32,000 nt of DNA from Bacillus sp. V5-8f (GTDB lineage: Bacteria; Bacillota; Bacilli; Bacillales; DSM-1321): assembly GCF_002863565.1 (NCBI RefSeq), contig NZ_PGUW01000024.1, forward strand, positions 229,193 to 261,192, given 5' to 3'. A model generated the notes under the pieces. It was not told where the DNA came from. It made no database searches and was given only the letters and a program-made list of their open reading frames with translations. The position numbers and the translations under genes are program-made. The stretch's first letter is position 1; each line of letters opens with the position of its first letter. Below, piece by piece: positions 1-8,333 of this stretch.

Positions 1-1
1 G

Positions 2-793
2 ATCGAAACCGTTACAAGACTCGCCGATAAATATGAATTTGGTGAAGTCGGCCGGATCCTTTACAACTTTATCTGGGATGATTTCTGTGATTGGTACATT
101 GAAATGGCGAAGCTTCCGTTATATGGAGAAGATGAGGCTGCCAAGAAAACGACCCGTTCAATCCTAGCATATGTCCTGGATAATACGATGAGATTGCTGC
201 ATCCTTTCATGCCGTTCATTACCGAGGAAATTTGGCAGAACCTGCCTCATAAAGGTGAATCCATCACAACAGCAGCTTGGCCGGAAGTGAATCCTGAGCT
301 AACTGATGCGGAAGCGGCTGAAGAGATGAAGCTCCTTGTTGAAATTATCCGTTCTGTCAGGAACATCCGCGCAGAGGTAAACACACCAATGAGCAAAAAA
401 ATCAAGCTGATTCTGAAAGCAAAGGATGAAGCCACATTAAGCAAGCTTCAGAAAAACAGTGCTTATATTGAGCGCTTCTGTAACCCTGAGGAATTGACAA
501 TCGGCACAGATGTTGAGGAACCAGGCCAGGCGATGACAGCCGTGGTTACAGGGGTGGAATTAATTCTTCCCCTTCAAGGCTTGATCAATATTGAGGAAGA
601 AATCAGCCGTCTAGAAAAGGAACTCGAAAAATTAAACAAAGAAGTAGAGCGCGTCCAAAAGAAATTAAACAACGAAGGCTTTGTAAAGAAAGCACCTGAA
701 AAGGTTATTGAAGAAGAACGTGCGAAGGAAAAAGATTACAGTGAAAAACGCGACACAGTCATCAGCAGAATAAACGAATTGAAACAGCTTTAA
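2..793 (+). CDS. valS: valine--tRNA ligase, C-terminal part (5' end outside the window)
   Basis: The frame of ORF 104..793 stays open back to nt 2 ([37 protein letters not shown]...). It has the C-terminal coiled coil typical of ValRS ([43 protein letters not shown]). A strong terminator follows, and the valS-folC neighbourhood matches B. subtilis. Confidence 0.9.
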   Translation: METVTRLADKYEFGEVGRILYNFIWDDFCDWYIEMAKLPLYGEDEAAKKTTRSILAYVLDNTMRLLHPFMPFITEEIWQNLPHKGESITTAAWPEVNPELTDAEAAEEMKLLVEIIRSVRNIRAEVNTPMSKKIKLILKAKDEATLSKLQKNSAYIERFCNPEELTIGTDVEEPGQAMTAVVTGVELILPLQGLINIEEEISRLEKELEKLNKEVERVQKKLNNEGFVKKAPEKVIEEERAKEKDYSEKRDTVISRINELKQL

Positions 794-797
794 TTGT

Positions 798-835
798 AAG
801 AGGATGAACCTTGATGCGGTTCATCCTCTTTTTTC
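798..835 (+). terminator. Rho-independent terminator of valS
   Basis: Perfect 13-bp stem AAGAGGATGAACC (798-810) / GGTTCATCCTCTT (818-830), 7-nt loop, T-run through 834. Confidence 0.85.
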
Positions 836-877
836 ATGATCGGGTAAAATAATTGTGTCGAGAGGGGGGATAACCTT

Positions 878-1069
878 TTATCAGCGGAAAAAACGAGATA
901 TAAGCGAACATTTAAATATATGAGCGAAAATCCCAATATATAAGTGAAAATTAAACTATATAAGCGGAAATCCATATATATGAGCGAAGCATTATATGAG
1001 AAAACTGAAGTTCCATCAAATTCCAAATATATAGCAGAATTTCAATTACATAAGCAAAAATATTAATCT
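878..1069. repeat. Degenerate tandem array, about 9-10 units with a 20-bp period (consensus about ATATAAGCGAAAATNNAAAT)
   Basis: Units start exactly 20 bp apart at 878, 898, 918, 938, 958 and 978 (ATATAAGCGAACATTTAAAT / ATATGAGCGAAAATCCCAAT / ATATAAGTGAAAATTAAACT / ATATAAGCGGAAATCCATAT / ATATGAGCGAAGCATT...). Looser copies continue to about 1069. Confidence 0.7.
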
Positions 1070-1079
1070 ATTAAGAAAA

Positions 1080-1934
1080 TTACTGTACTAATTCTCCCTT
1101 AATATACCGCAGATACTCCCTAACAATGTTTATATCTGTCAGCACACTTAGCGTCCGGCTCCCGACAACATCTTCAATCTCATTCAACAAAAAGCTGCCA
1201 TCTTCGGAAAAAACAAAATCGACGCCCACCATGCCAAAATCCACAGTGTGAATGATCGTTTCTACAAGGCCTTTTTGTTTATTGGATAGTTCATAAAGTG
1301 AGGCATTGCCGCCTAAGCTGAAATTTGATTTAAAATCAGTATCCGATTCTCTCAGTACAGACGCAATGATTTTCCTGCCGACCACAAATACGCGTACATC
1401 CTTGCCGTAAACGGCAGGTTTTTGGAATATCCATTTGCCAGGCGATCCTTGTAACAAGTGCTCGTCATTTTGATTTTCAATTAGGTACACCTGTTTTCCG
1501 CCCCGGCCAGAAACTTCTTTAGCTACATAAGGATATGGAAGCAGTACTTCTTCCCGGCGGAAGTGGTCATAGCTGCCATATAGCGTATCAGCCATTGGAA
1601 TTCCAAGCCCGGCCATAAATTGATGTGTTTTCGCTTTGTTATTGCATATTTCTGAGACACATGAAGAATTAAAGCATCTTACACCGAGAAGCTCTAGTTG
1701 CCTTGTAAAAAAAGGATCAATTGTCCTTACGATTGCAAATGATGGAAGGGGGACATCTTTCCTTTGATGGAATAAGACCAGCTTTGAGTTAGCATGTCCC
1801 AATGTGAAATCTTCCCGGAAAAACAGGAAAAGCTTTATATTCATTTGGCTGGCTTCTTTAATCATCCAGTCAATATAAGACTTATTTCGCGAGGCATCTT
1901 GCTTTGAATAAATTAGCCATCCCTCTTCAGTCAT
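1080..1934 (-). CDS. RimK-family ATP-grasp ligase, divergent paralog
   Basis: 284-aa ORF with ATP-grasp blocks VAKEVSGRGGKQVYLIE, DVRVFVVGRKIIASVLRESDTDFKSNFSLGG and GMVGVDFVFSEDGSFLLNEIEDV. Its ATG overlaps the stop of the upstream paralog (ATGA at 1931-1934), implying translational coupling. Confidence 0.8.
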   Translation of the reverse strand: MTEEGWLIYSKQDASRNKSYIDWMIKEASQMNIKLFLFFREDFTLGHANSKLVLFHQRKDVPLPSFAIVRTIDPFFTRQLELLGVRCFNSSCVSEICNNKAKTHQFMAGLGIPMADTLYGSYDHFRREEVLLPYPYVAKEVSGRGGKQVYLIENQNDEHLLQGSPGKWIFQKPAVYGKDVRVFVVGRKIIASVLRESDTDFKSNFSLGGNASLYELSNKQKGLVETIIHTVDFGMVGVDFVFSEDGSFLLNEIEDVVGSRTLSVLTDINIVREYLRYIKGELVQ

Positions 1935-2842
1935 TGTGTTTTTTCCTTCTCTTTCTGCAAGATATAATCCATCATATAATCTGCTATATTTACTCCTGTT
2001 GCATGGTAGATATTTAACAAATGGGAATTTGAGTTCACTTCACATAGCAGTGGTCCATTTTCGCCAAACAACAGGTCTATACCTGCAAAATCGACACCAA
2101 GTATATCTGCGCACCTTATTGCCAGTTCGGCTTCTTCTGTAGTCGGGGAATATGGCAAGGTTTTTCCCCCGTTCGAAACATTAGCACGAAAATCATTTTC
2201 GGACACACGGAGCATCGAAGCGACAACCCTGCCCCCGACAACGTTCAATCGAATGTCCCTGCCCCTGCTGCTTTGGACAAACTCTTGGAGGATGAAAGGT
2301 GAATGGGCAATTTCTCTTACTTTTTCAATCAATGTCCTTTCGTTTTCAATAAGGTATACTTGTTGGCCAAATGAGCCGTACGCTTCTTTTATCACCAGAG
2401 GGTATCCAAGATATGAACCAATATTTCGGAAAGCCTTAAAATCATTCCGGGATATCCCTTCATATGTAAAAGGAGGAAAAATGGTTTTAGGCATTGGTAT
2501 ACCGTGGTTTGCGAGGGCATGGTGGGTCTTGGCTTTACTATCGCAAATATCAATGGCTTCGCTGCTATTATAAACGCTTAGCCCCATCAATTCTAAATGG
2601 CGGGCTAAAGGGATATCTTTATCCATATAAACGACAAAGTCGGGAAGTTTTTCTGCCTGTTCGCCCTTTAACCTGGCTACGCCATTATCTAGAACCGGCA
2701 TCAATTCTGTATTTCTGACGATAGCCGTTTTAACATTCTTTCTCTCCGCCGCATCCTTTATAAAAATTGCTAGTTCGGAAAATTTCTCTTGCTGCAAATA
2801 ACCGTTTACAATGATCCAACAGCTTTTTTGCGAATTGTCCAT
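1931..2842 (-). CDS. RimK-family ATP-grasp ligase (alpha-L-glutamate ligase-like)
   Basis: 303-aa ORF that matches the E. coli RimK signature blocks as I recall them: YPLVIKEAYGSFGQQVYLIE, DIRLNVVGGRVVASMLRVSENDFRANVSNGG, GVDFAGIDLLFGENGPLLCEVNSNS. An AAAGGAAG RBS lies upstream. Confidence 0.85.
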   Translation of the reverse strand: MDNSQKSCWIIVNGYLQQEKFSELAIFIKDAAERKNVKTAIVRNTELMPVLDNGVARLKGEQAEKLPDFVVYMDKDIPLARHLELMGLSVYNSSEAIDICDSKAKTHHALANHGIPMPKTIFPPFTYEGISRNDFKAFRNIGSYLGYPLVIKEAYGSFGQQVYLIENERTLIEKVREIAHSPFILQEFVQSSRGRDIRLNVVGGRVVASMLRVSENDFRANVSNGGKTLPYSPTTEEAELAIRCADILGVDFAGIDLLFGENGPLLCEVNSNSHLLNIYHATGVNIADYMMDYILQKEKEKTQ

Positions 2843-2941
2843 CTATGCTGCACTTCCTTTAGATAGTTACTTATTGTTAAAACTATTGTAAAATAAATCT
2901 TTACAGAAAGTAAGAAGTAGTGCAAGATTGGAGGCTTTCAC

Positions 2942-4258
2942 ATGAACAGAACCACGATGGCTGAAATAGAACAATACCTGATACAGAGGCAGATGAAGCT
3001 AGGAATGGATTTTGGCTTGTCCCGGATGGAAAAGCTTCTCGATTATCTTGGCAATCCCCATCTTAACCTTAAATTTATTCATATAGCGGGCTCGAATGGC
3101 AAAGGCTCAACATTGAATTTTATCAGAGAGATACTAATTGAGGCCGGTGTATCCGTAGGTGCCTTTACTTCCCCATATTTAGAAAGCATCAATGAACAAT
3201 TTATGATAAATAAAGAAATGATACATGATCGGGAATTTATTTCAATTTTTAATCAAATTGAAGAGGTTGTTGAGTTGATGGACAAGGAATCAAACGGGCC
3301 GACACAGTTTGAAATTTTGACAGCCATCGCTTTTATCTTTTTTAAAAGGAACGATGTTGACCTTGCCTTAATTGAAGCGGGACTTGGGGGCAGGCTTGAT
3401 TCGACGAACGTTGTTACCCCCATTTTGTCCATCATTACATCTATTTCCCTTGAGCATACCAATATCCTGGGAAATTCCATCGAAATGATTGCGCGGGAAA
3501 AAGCCGGCATAGTCAAGAAAGGAGTGACGATTATCAGCGGTGTGAACAACTCGCAGGCAGAACAAGTTATCCGACTGAAGGCTGAATCAGAGAATGCCCC
3601 TCTATTTCAACTTGGTAGGGAGTTTGCCGTAGAGGCTAGGAAAAACGAGGACACCTCACAGGCCTTCTTGTTTCGAATGGGCGAATATGTTCTGGAAAAT
3701 GTCCGGCTAGCAATGCTAGGAAAGCACCAGGCGGAAAATGCTTCATGCGCGTTAACGGCAATTAGGCTGATAAATGAACGCGACGACTTTTCCATTAATG
3801 AAGAAAGCATGCGAAAAGGGCTGTGCAGGGCAGCATGGAGGGCCCGTTTTGAACTCTTATCCAGAAGTCCGTTGATCATATTGGACGGTGCACATAACCC
3901 AGCGGGAATTTCCGTTTTAACGGAGACACTTCATTCCGCCTTTCCCGAAAAAAAATATCGCTTTCTTTTTACGGCGCTAAACGATAAAAACTATCAAGAG
4001 ATGATACAGCTCCTGGATCAAAATGCCGAAGAGGTTATCTTTACAGAAATTCCCCATGCCCGCGCTGCAAAAGCCGAGGAGCTTTATGAATGGAGTAAAA
4101 GCCGCCATAAAAAATGGATGAAAAACTGGCAAATGGCCATCGAAGAAGCCATGAAAAACCTGTCGGAAAGCGAAGCTCTTATTATTACGGGCTCCTTATA
4201 TTTTTTGGCGCTTGCAAGGCCTTATGCACAGGCTGTGCTTGAGGGAAAATTCAAATGA
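2942..4258 (+). CDS. folC: bifunctional folylpolyglutamate synthase / dihydrofolate synthase
   Basis: 438 aa with the Mur-ligase P-loop HIAGSNGKGST and LIILDGAHNPAGI. RBS TGGAGG lies upstream. The position after valS matches B. subtilis. Confidence 0.9.
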   Translation: MNRTTMAEIEQYLIQRQMKLGMDFGLSRMEKLLDYLGNPHLNLKFIHIAGSNGKGSTLNFIREILIEAGVSVGAFTSPYLESINEQFMINKEMIHDREFISIFNQIEEVVELMDKESNGPTQFEILTAIAFIFFKRNDVDLALIEAGLGGRLDSTNVVTPILSIITSISLEHTNILGNSIEMIAREKAGIVKKGVTIISGVNNSQAEQVIRLKAESENAPLFQLGREFAVEARKNEDTSQAFLFRMGEYVLENVRLAMLGKHQAENASCALTAIRLINERDDFSINEESMRKGLCRAAWRARFELLSRSPLIILDGAHNPAGISVLTETLHSAFPEKKYRFLFTALNDKNYQEMIQLLDQNAEEVIFTEIPHARAAKAEELYEWSKSRHKKWMKNWQMAIEEAMKNLSESEALIITGSLYFLALARPYAQAVLEGKFK

Positions 4259-4416
4259 AAAAGGAACAATGATTATCTCTCAAATGAAAAAGGGTTTCAA
4301 CCGCTCGTCTGCCAATCGACAAGTTCATAGATTCTACTTTATTGTTCATTTCTTGTGTTTAAAATTAGTATATTATTGAACTAGTATATTTCATAAATTA
4401 TGGTGGGGGTAATGGT

Positions 4417-5409
4417 TTGGTTTTAATCATCACAACAGGAATTGCTGTTGCTCTTGTTTCTTTTCTTGTACTACTCGTTCCAATCGGCCTGACGGGTGCT
4501 GGAAAAATGCTAGTCATAATTACGTGCACAATCGTAAGTTTAATTGGAATACTTGGCAGAAGCGTGTTTTCTTTATCGCAGCTCGCTTTATTTCAACTCG
4601 TTTTGGCTTTATTATTCACATACATTTTCTATAAAAGATTCCAATTGTTTCGTTTGGAAGAGGATACTGTTGATTTTGATTCCCAAGATAGGATGAAACC
4701 GTTTTATTCTCTTAAAGAACTTGAGGAAAAAGCAAAGTCTTCTACAACAATTGATGAATATTATTCCGTTCCAAAGAGGATAAAGTCAGATCCTTTGTAT
4801 GTGGAAGAATTAACGTCCACTATGTCTTCAATGGGCGATAATGAAACAGAAATTTATGAGGAAACAATGAATGAGCGCACCGGTATGGAAAAGAAAGACT
4901 ATCAAGATATGAATATTGGTGAAAAGCGAGAAAAAATGGTAGAAATACATAGTTCAAACCAAGATGCTTGTAATCTTAATCTGGAACATATCTATGAGAT
5001 CACAGATGTATTTGACATGGATAGCAGATTATCTGCATTAAACAAGCCGATTGACGCTGAGAACTTAGTAGAGCCAAACCCATATTATAGTGCGCATATA
5101 TTAGAGACAGCTAGTTCATTGGAAGATGGTGATTTAGATTTATTAATCGAGTCGAGGAGGATGGTTTCTCATAACATTGACGACTTCACAATCCTTGAGA
5201 GCTTTCAGGAAAATCAGAAGACGTTTTCATCAGCAGACGAAGCCAACGAACAACAAAATGAGGCCTTTCATGATACCGGAATGGATTTAAAGGATTTACA
5301 GTCCAATCTAACAAAAACACACAATAAATATTCGAATGAAGAAATAAACAGTATTTTTGAAGATTTAGAAGAACTTTATCTACGGAATAAAAGGAAAAAG
5401 AATGAGTAG
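4417..5409 (+). CDS. hypothetical membrane protein with a long acidic C-terminal region
   Basis: TTG start 7 nt after GGTGGGGG. The first ~75 aa form about three hydrophobic helices. The remaining ~250 aa are D/E-rich and low in complexity, with no domain I recognise. Confidence 0.55.
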   Translation: MVLIITTGIAVALVSFLVLLVPIGLTGAGKMLVIITCTIVSLIGILGRSVFSLSQLALFQLVLALLFTYIFYKRFQLFRLEEDTVDFDSQDRMKPFYSLKELEEKAKSSTTIDEYYSVPKRIKSDPLYVEELTSTMSSMGDNETEIYEETMNERTGMEKKDYQDMNIGEKREKMVEIHSSNQDACNLNLEHIYEITDVFDMDSRLSALNKPIDAENLVEPNPYYSAHILETASSLEDGDLDLLIESRRMVSHNIDDFTILESFQENQKTFSSADEANEQQNEAFHDTGMDLKDLQSNLTKTHNKYSNEEINSIFEDLEELYLRNKRKKNE

Positions 5410-5422
5410 GAGCACTCGATAA

Positions 5423-6757
5423 ATGAAGAATACAACTTCTTCCTATTTTAAATTCCTTCTTTTAATTTTAGCAGGAACGTTTTTTATCAGCCTTTTTTCT
5501 AAATTTGGAACCGAGGCCCAAAATGCCGTATTTCAATCTAATCAAAAGTTTGCTGACAAAACTTACATAGGTTCGGTAAATGTTGAAAATCTTACAAAAA
5601 AAGAGGCAAAAGAAAAAATAGAAAAAGCGGCTGCTGATTGGAGAAACAATGCAGATATAGCCTTCACGTTTGCCGATACAAAACTTAAGGTTCCTAACAA
5701 TCAAATTTCGTTTTTAATTGATGATTCAGTTTTTTCTGCAGCAAGCGGGATGGAAAATCCCCTTTTTGTTTCTGTTAACGAAAAGTTGATCGATGATCAA
5801 ATTAAAAAGCATACAAGCCAAACGTTGGTAACCAATATTGACATCAAGAAGTTGAAAAGGGAAATAAAGAGGCGAACCGGTACCTTGCCGAAAGAAAAGA
5901 TAGAGATTAGATTACTAGACTTTTTAAAAAAGGACTCACATTTAAAACAAGAAGTCCTTTCAAGTTCGATGATAAAAGTGGATGATCATGAGTACCTTGA
6001 TGCCTGGTTACAGGAGTCCAAGGAAATCAAAATCAAGGAAAATTCTAATTTCTCTTTTTTGGAATATTTAAGAAATGCTAAATTGGATTTTTCTGATGAG
6101 TTTCTGACATTGTCAGCTTCCTCTCTATATAAGGCAATATTAAATACGAATTTGCAAATCATAGAGAGGAATATAAGCAGGGAGCTTCCTGAAGGCATGG
6201 AACCTGGTTTTGAAGCAAAGATCAAACAGAATAGCATGGATCTGATTTTATATAATCCAAACGATTATGACCTGACTGTCAATTTTAGCTCTGATAAGAA
6301 AGGCTTTCTAAAAACAGATATTATTGGTTATAAAACGCCCACAACATATAACATTCGCCTGCAAAATAAAAAATACTTTAAACCAAAGCAAATCATTCAA
6401 TATGTTCCGGACATTACTCTTGTTAGTAAACCGGCCAATCATCCGGGTAAGCAAGGTGTCTCTGTCTCTATCTACCGGGAAATAACGGATTCAAATGGCG
6501 TAAACAAGGATTCTGTTTTTGTCTCTAACGATATTTACCTTCCGGTGAACGAAGTGGTTGTAAAGGAGATTCCTGCTTTGGCGGAACCACCGGATGCGGA
6601 ACCTGAGGATGCTGCCGCTACAAATGAAAATGGTGGAAATGCCATTGAAGATACCACTGGGACGAATGAGTCGGAAAAGTCACAAGCGGACGATATCGCT
6701 GATTCTAACGATAGGAGTGAAAACGAAAGTAATCTTTCTGAAAAATCCGGAGAATAA
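5423..6757 (+). CDS. VanW-like (YoaR-like) cell-wall-associated protein with an acidic tail
   Basis: N-terminal signal anchor (FKFLLLILAGTFFISLF). The block YIGSVNVENLTKKEAKEKIEKAA is typical of the region preceding VanW domains. The VanW-like core is divergent (NFSFLEY...SASSLYKAILNTNLQIIERNISRELPEGMEPGFEAKI...DLILYNPNDYDLTVNF). The last ~60 aa are D/E/S-rich. Confidence 0.55.
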   Translation: MKNTTSSYFKFLLLILAGTFFISLFSKFGTEAQNAVFQSNQKFADKTYIGSVNVENLTKKEAKEKIEKAAADWRNNADIAFTFADTKLKVPNNQISFLIDDSVFSAASGMENPLFVSVNEKLIDDQIKKHTSQTLVTNIDIKKLKREIKRRTGTLPKEKIEIRLLDFLKKDSHLKQEVLSSSMIKVDDHEYLDAWLQESKEIKIKENSNFSFLEYLRNAKLDFSDEFLTLSASSLYKAILNTNLQIIERNISRELPEGMEPGFEAKIKQNSMDLILYNPNDYDLTVNFSSDKKGFLKTDIIGYKTPTTYNIRLQNKKYFKPKQIIQYVPDITLVSKPANHPGKQGVSVSIYREITDSNGVNKDSVFVSNDIYLPVNEVVVKEIPALAEPPDAEPEDAAATNENGGNAIEDTTGTNESEKSQADDIADSNDRSENESNLSEKSGE

Positions 6758-6758
6758 A

Positions 6759-6798
6759 GCAGCAACAGGCTGACAATCAAATGTCAGCCTGTTGCTGC
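6759..6798. terminator. Hairpin between convergent genes (possible bidirectional terminator)
   Basis: Perfect 17-bp stem GCAGCAACAGGCTGACA (6759-6775) / TGTCAGCCTGTTGCTGC (6782-6798) with a 6-nt loop. It has no clean T-run on either side. Confidence 0.55.
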
Positions 6799-6800
6799 TA

Positions 6801-7745
6801 CTAATCTAAAGAGGTTGAACCGATAATCTCCCAGTAGGAATTACCATCTCCATTTGAATTCTTATTTAGTTCCCACACACCCTCACCTAAATGCTTACAG
6901 GAGGTTTCACTAGTTTTTTCCACGGTTAAAGGGAATAAATTTTCCGGCTTATGAATTTTTCCGTGAACACAGATCGACGCTCCATTTTTTATGCTGTTTC
7001 CTTGAAGCGAAACAGTTTCAAAAAGTGCATCACCGGCAATTTCAAGTCTTGATTCCTGGTTTAAAAATAAATCCCCACCTCTATAATAGAAATGGCCGTT
7101 TACTTTAAAAAGACCGTTGCTTGGCATATAGAGGCCTTGGTTAGCAACAATGTTTCCATTAATCACCAAATTTACAGTGGGGTTGATTCTAACTTCTGAT
7201 AGGAAATTAACATTTTTGTTATATGATGTATCGTCTAGATAATGGCTTTTATTCCAGTCTATTTGTTGATAAGAAGCACCTTTTGGATTTATATTTCCAA
7301 AGTCAAAACTCCCGGATCCATTCTTGCTAAGCGTAATCTTTTCGCTTTTCTCCATCCTATAGTCGCTTACAAATCCAATGCTACGATAAATAATCTCTAT
7401 TTTCTTATTCCCAATTTTTTTTATATTCGCCGTTTCGATTTTGTAATAATAAGTGGGATTTCTTGTAGACGGCGAATCCATATTTGGTAGTTCTTGATGC
7501 AAAAGCGCTATCGCTTCATCTGTATCAGATGGTAATGTGGGAACAATACTTTCGACAAGAGTCCTGTAATATATAGTGCCCATTTCAGTCAGGTTCGTTA
7601 ATTGAATCTTTTCCTCGGTTTTTCTATTCTGTACAGAGCTGTTTAAAACATTCGTTAGCAAAGTAACTGAGAAAACCCCTATTAGTGTGATGGTAAGTAG
7701 TACTATAATTAAGGTATATCCTTTTTCATTATTATTCCATTTCAT
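6801..7745 (-). CDS. PilX-like minor pilin / putative pilus-tip protein
   Basis: 314 aa. The N-terminus MKWNNNEKGYTLIIVLLTITLIGVFSVTLL is a prepilin-like hydrophobic helix without Glu5, as in PilX/ComGG-type minor pilins. RBS GGGAG lies 7 nt upstream. It is co-oriented with and 18 nt downstream of another pilin gene. Confidence 0.6.
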   Translation of the reverse strand: MKWNNNEKGYTLIIVLLTITLIGVFSVTLLTNVLNSSVQNRKTEEKIQLTNLTEMGTIYYRTLVESIVPTLPSDTDEAIALLHQELPNMDSPSTRNPTYYYKIETANIKKIGNKKIEIIYRSIGFVSDYRMEKSEKITLSKNGSGSFDFGNINPKGASYQQIDWNKSHYLDDTSYNKNVNFLSEVRINPTVNLVINGNIVANQGLYMPSNGLFKVNGHFYYRGGDLFLNQESRLEIAGDALFETVSLQGNSIKNGASICVHGKIHKPENLFPLTVEKTSETSCKHLGEGVWELNKNSNGDGNSYWEIIGSTSLD

Positions 7746-7763
7746 GTTTATGCTCCCAATGAA

Positions 7764-8246
7764 CTATTCATTGCTCCCTGCTTTCAAGTACCCATATACT
7801 TCCGTGATTTTTTTGGGGGGTTCCTCTGTTCCCTCAAACATTAAAATTTCCACCTTAACCTTAAATAGATTTAAGTTTCTCTCCTTAAATGACTGGCTAA
7901 CAGAAATGTCTGGGTAATAGCTTTTGTTATTTATTTCATAGGAGTAATAATTCGGATGGTCAGGGTCTTCTGGCAGTCCCAAAAATCGCTCTATACCTGT
8001 AAAAGATTGGTTTGTATTATGTACTAGATAATTAATGACAGACTCATTATTTGTAGTATTATAGAGGATTCTTTCCGCAATATTAACTGCCGAAAATTTA
8101 TCCTCCGTTTTAGTAGAAAAAGTGACCGAATTGGAGAAAACGGCAGAAAAAATTGTTATGACTATTCCTAAAATAGTAATCGAAACAAGGATCTCTATAA
8201 GAGTAAACCCCGTGTTCGACAGTCGTGATTTTGAATAATTCACCAA
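7764..8246 (-). CDS. prepilin-type N-terminal cleavage/methylation domain protein (minor pilin)
   Basis: Canonical class III signal: ...SNTG|FTLIEILVSITILGIVITIF. RBS AAGGTGA upstream. The TTG at 8246 or the GTG at 8243 could be the start. Confidence 0.8.
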   Translation of the reverse strand: MVNYSKSRLSNTGFTLIEILVSITILGIVITIFSAVFSNSVTFSTKTEDKFSAVNIAERILYNTTNNESVINYLVHNTNQSFTGIERFLGLPEDPDHPNYYSYEINNKSYYPDISVSQSFKERNLNLFKVKVEILMFEGTEEPPKKITEVYGYLKAGSNE

Positions 8247-8333
8247 ATTGTATCACCTTTTTAGCTTTTTATTCATTATAGTACATAATATAATTAGTCT
8301 AGGAAAAAAATTGAAGAAATTTGGGGAATAAGA

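Noticed and set aside
790-1026. 78-aa minus-strand ORF across the valS-downstream spacer
   Set aside because: Its sequence (…LIYMDFRLYSLIFTYILGFSLIYLNVRLYLVF…) is just the periodic translation of the 20-bp repeat array. It has no RBS and begins inside the array, so I treat it as non-coding.
878-1069. Repeat arrays (also 24461-25028) considered as CRISPR
   Set aside because: The period is only about 20 bp, with no alternation of conserved repeats and unique spacers. The units are degenerate and no cas genes are in the window.
4270-4390. 35-codon ORF after folC, and the direct repeat TAGTATATT (4366-74, 4382-90) upstream of the membrane-protein gene
   Set aside because: The ORF has a poorly spaced RBS and no recognisable product. 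The 9-bp repeat sits in AT-rich promoter-like DNA and could occur by chance. I could not place a convincing -35/-10 pair.
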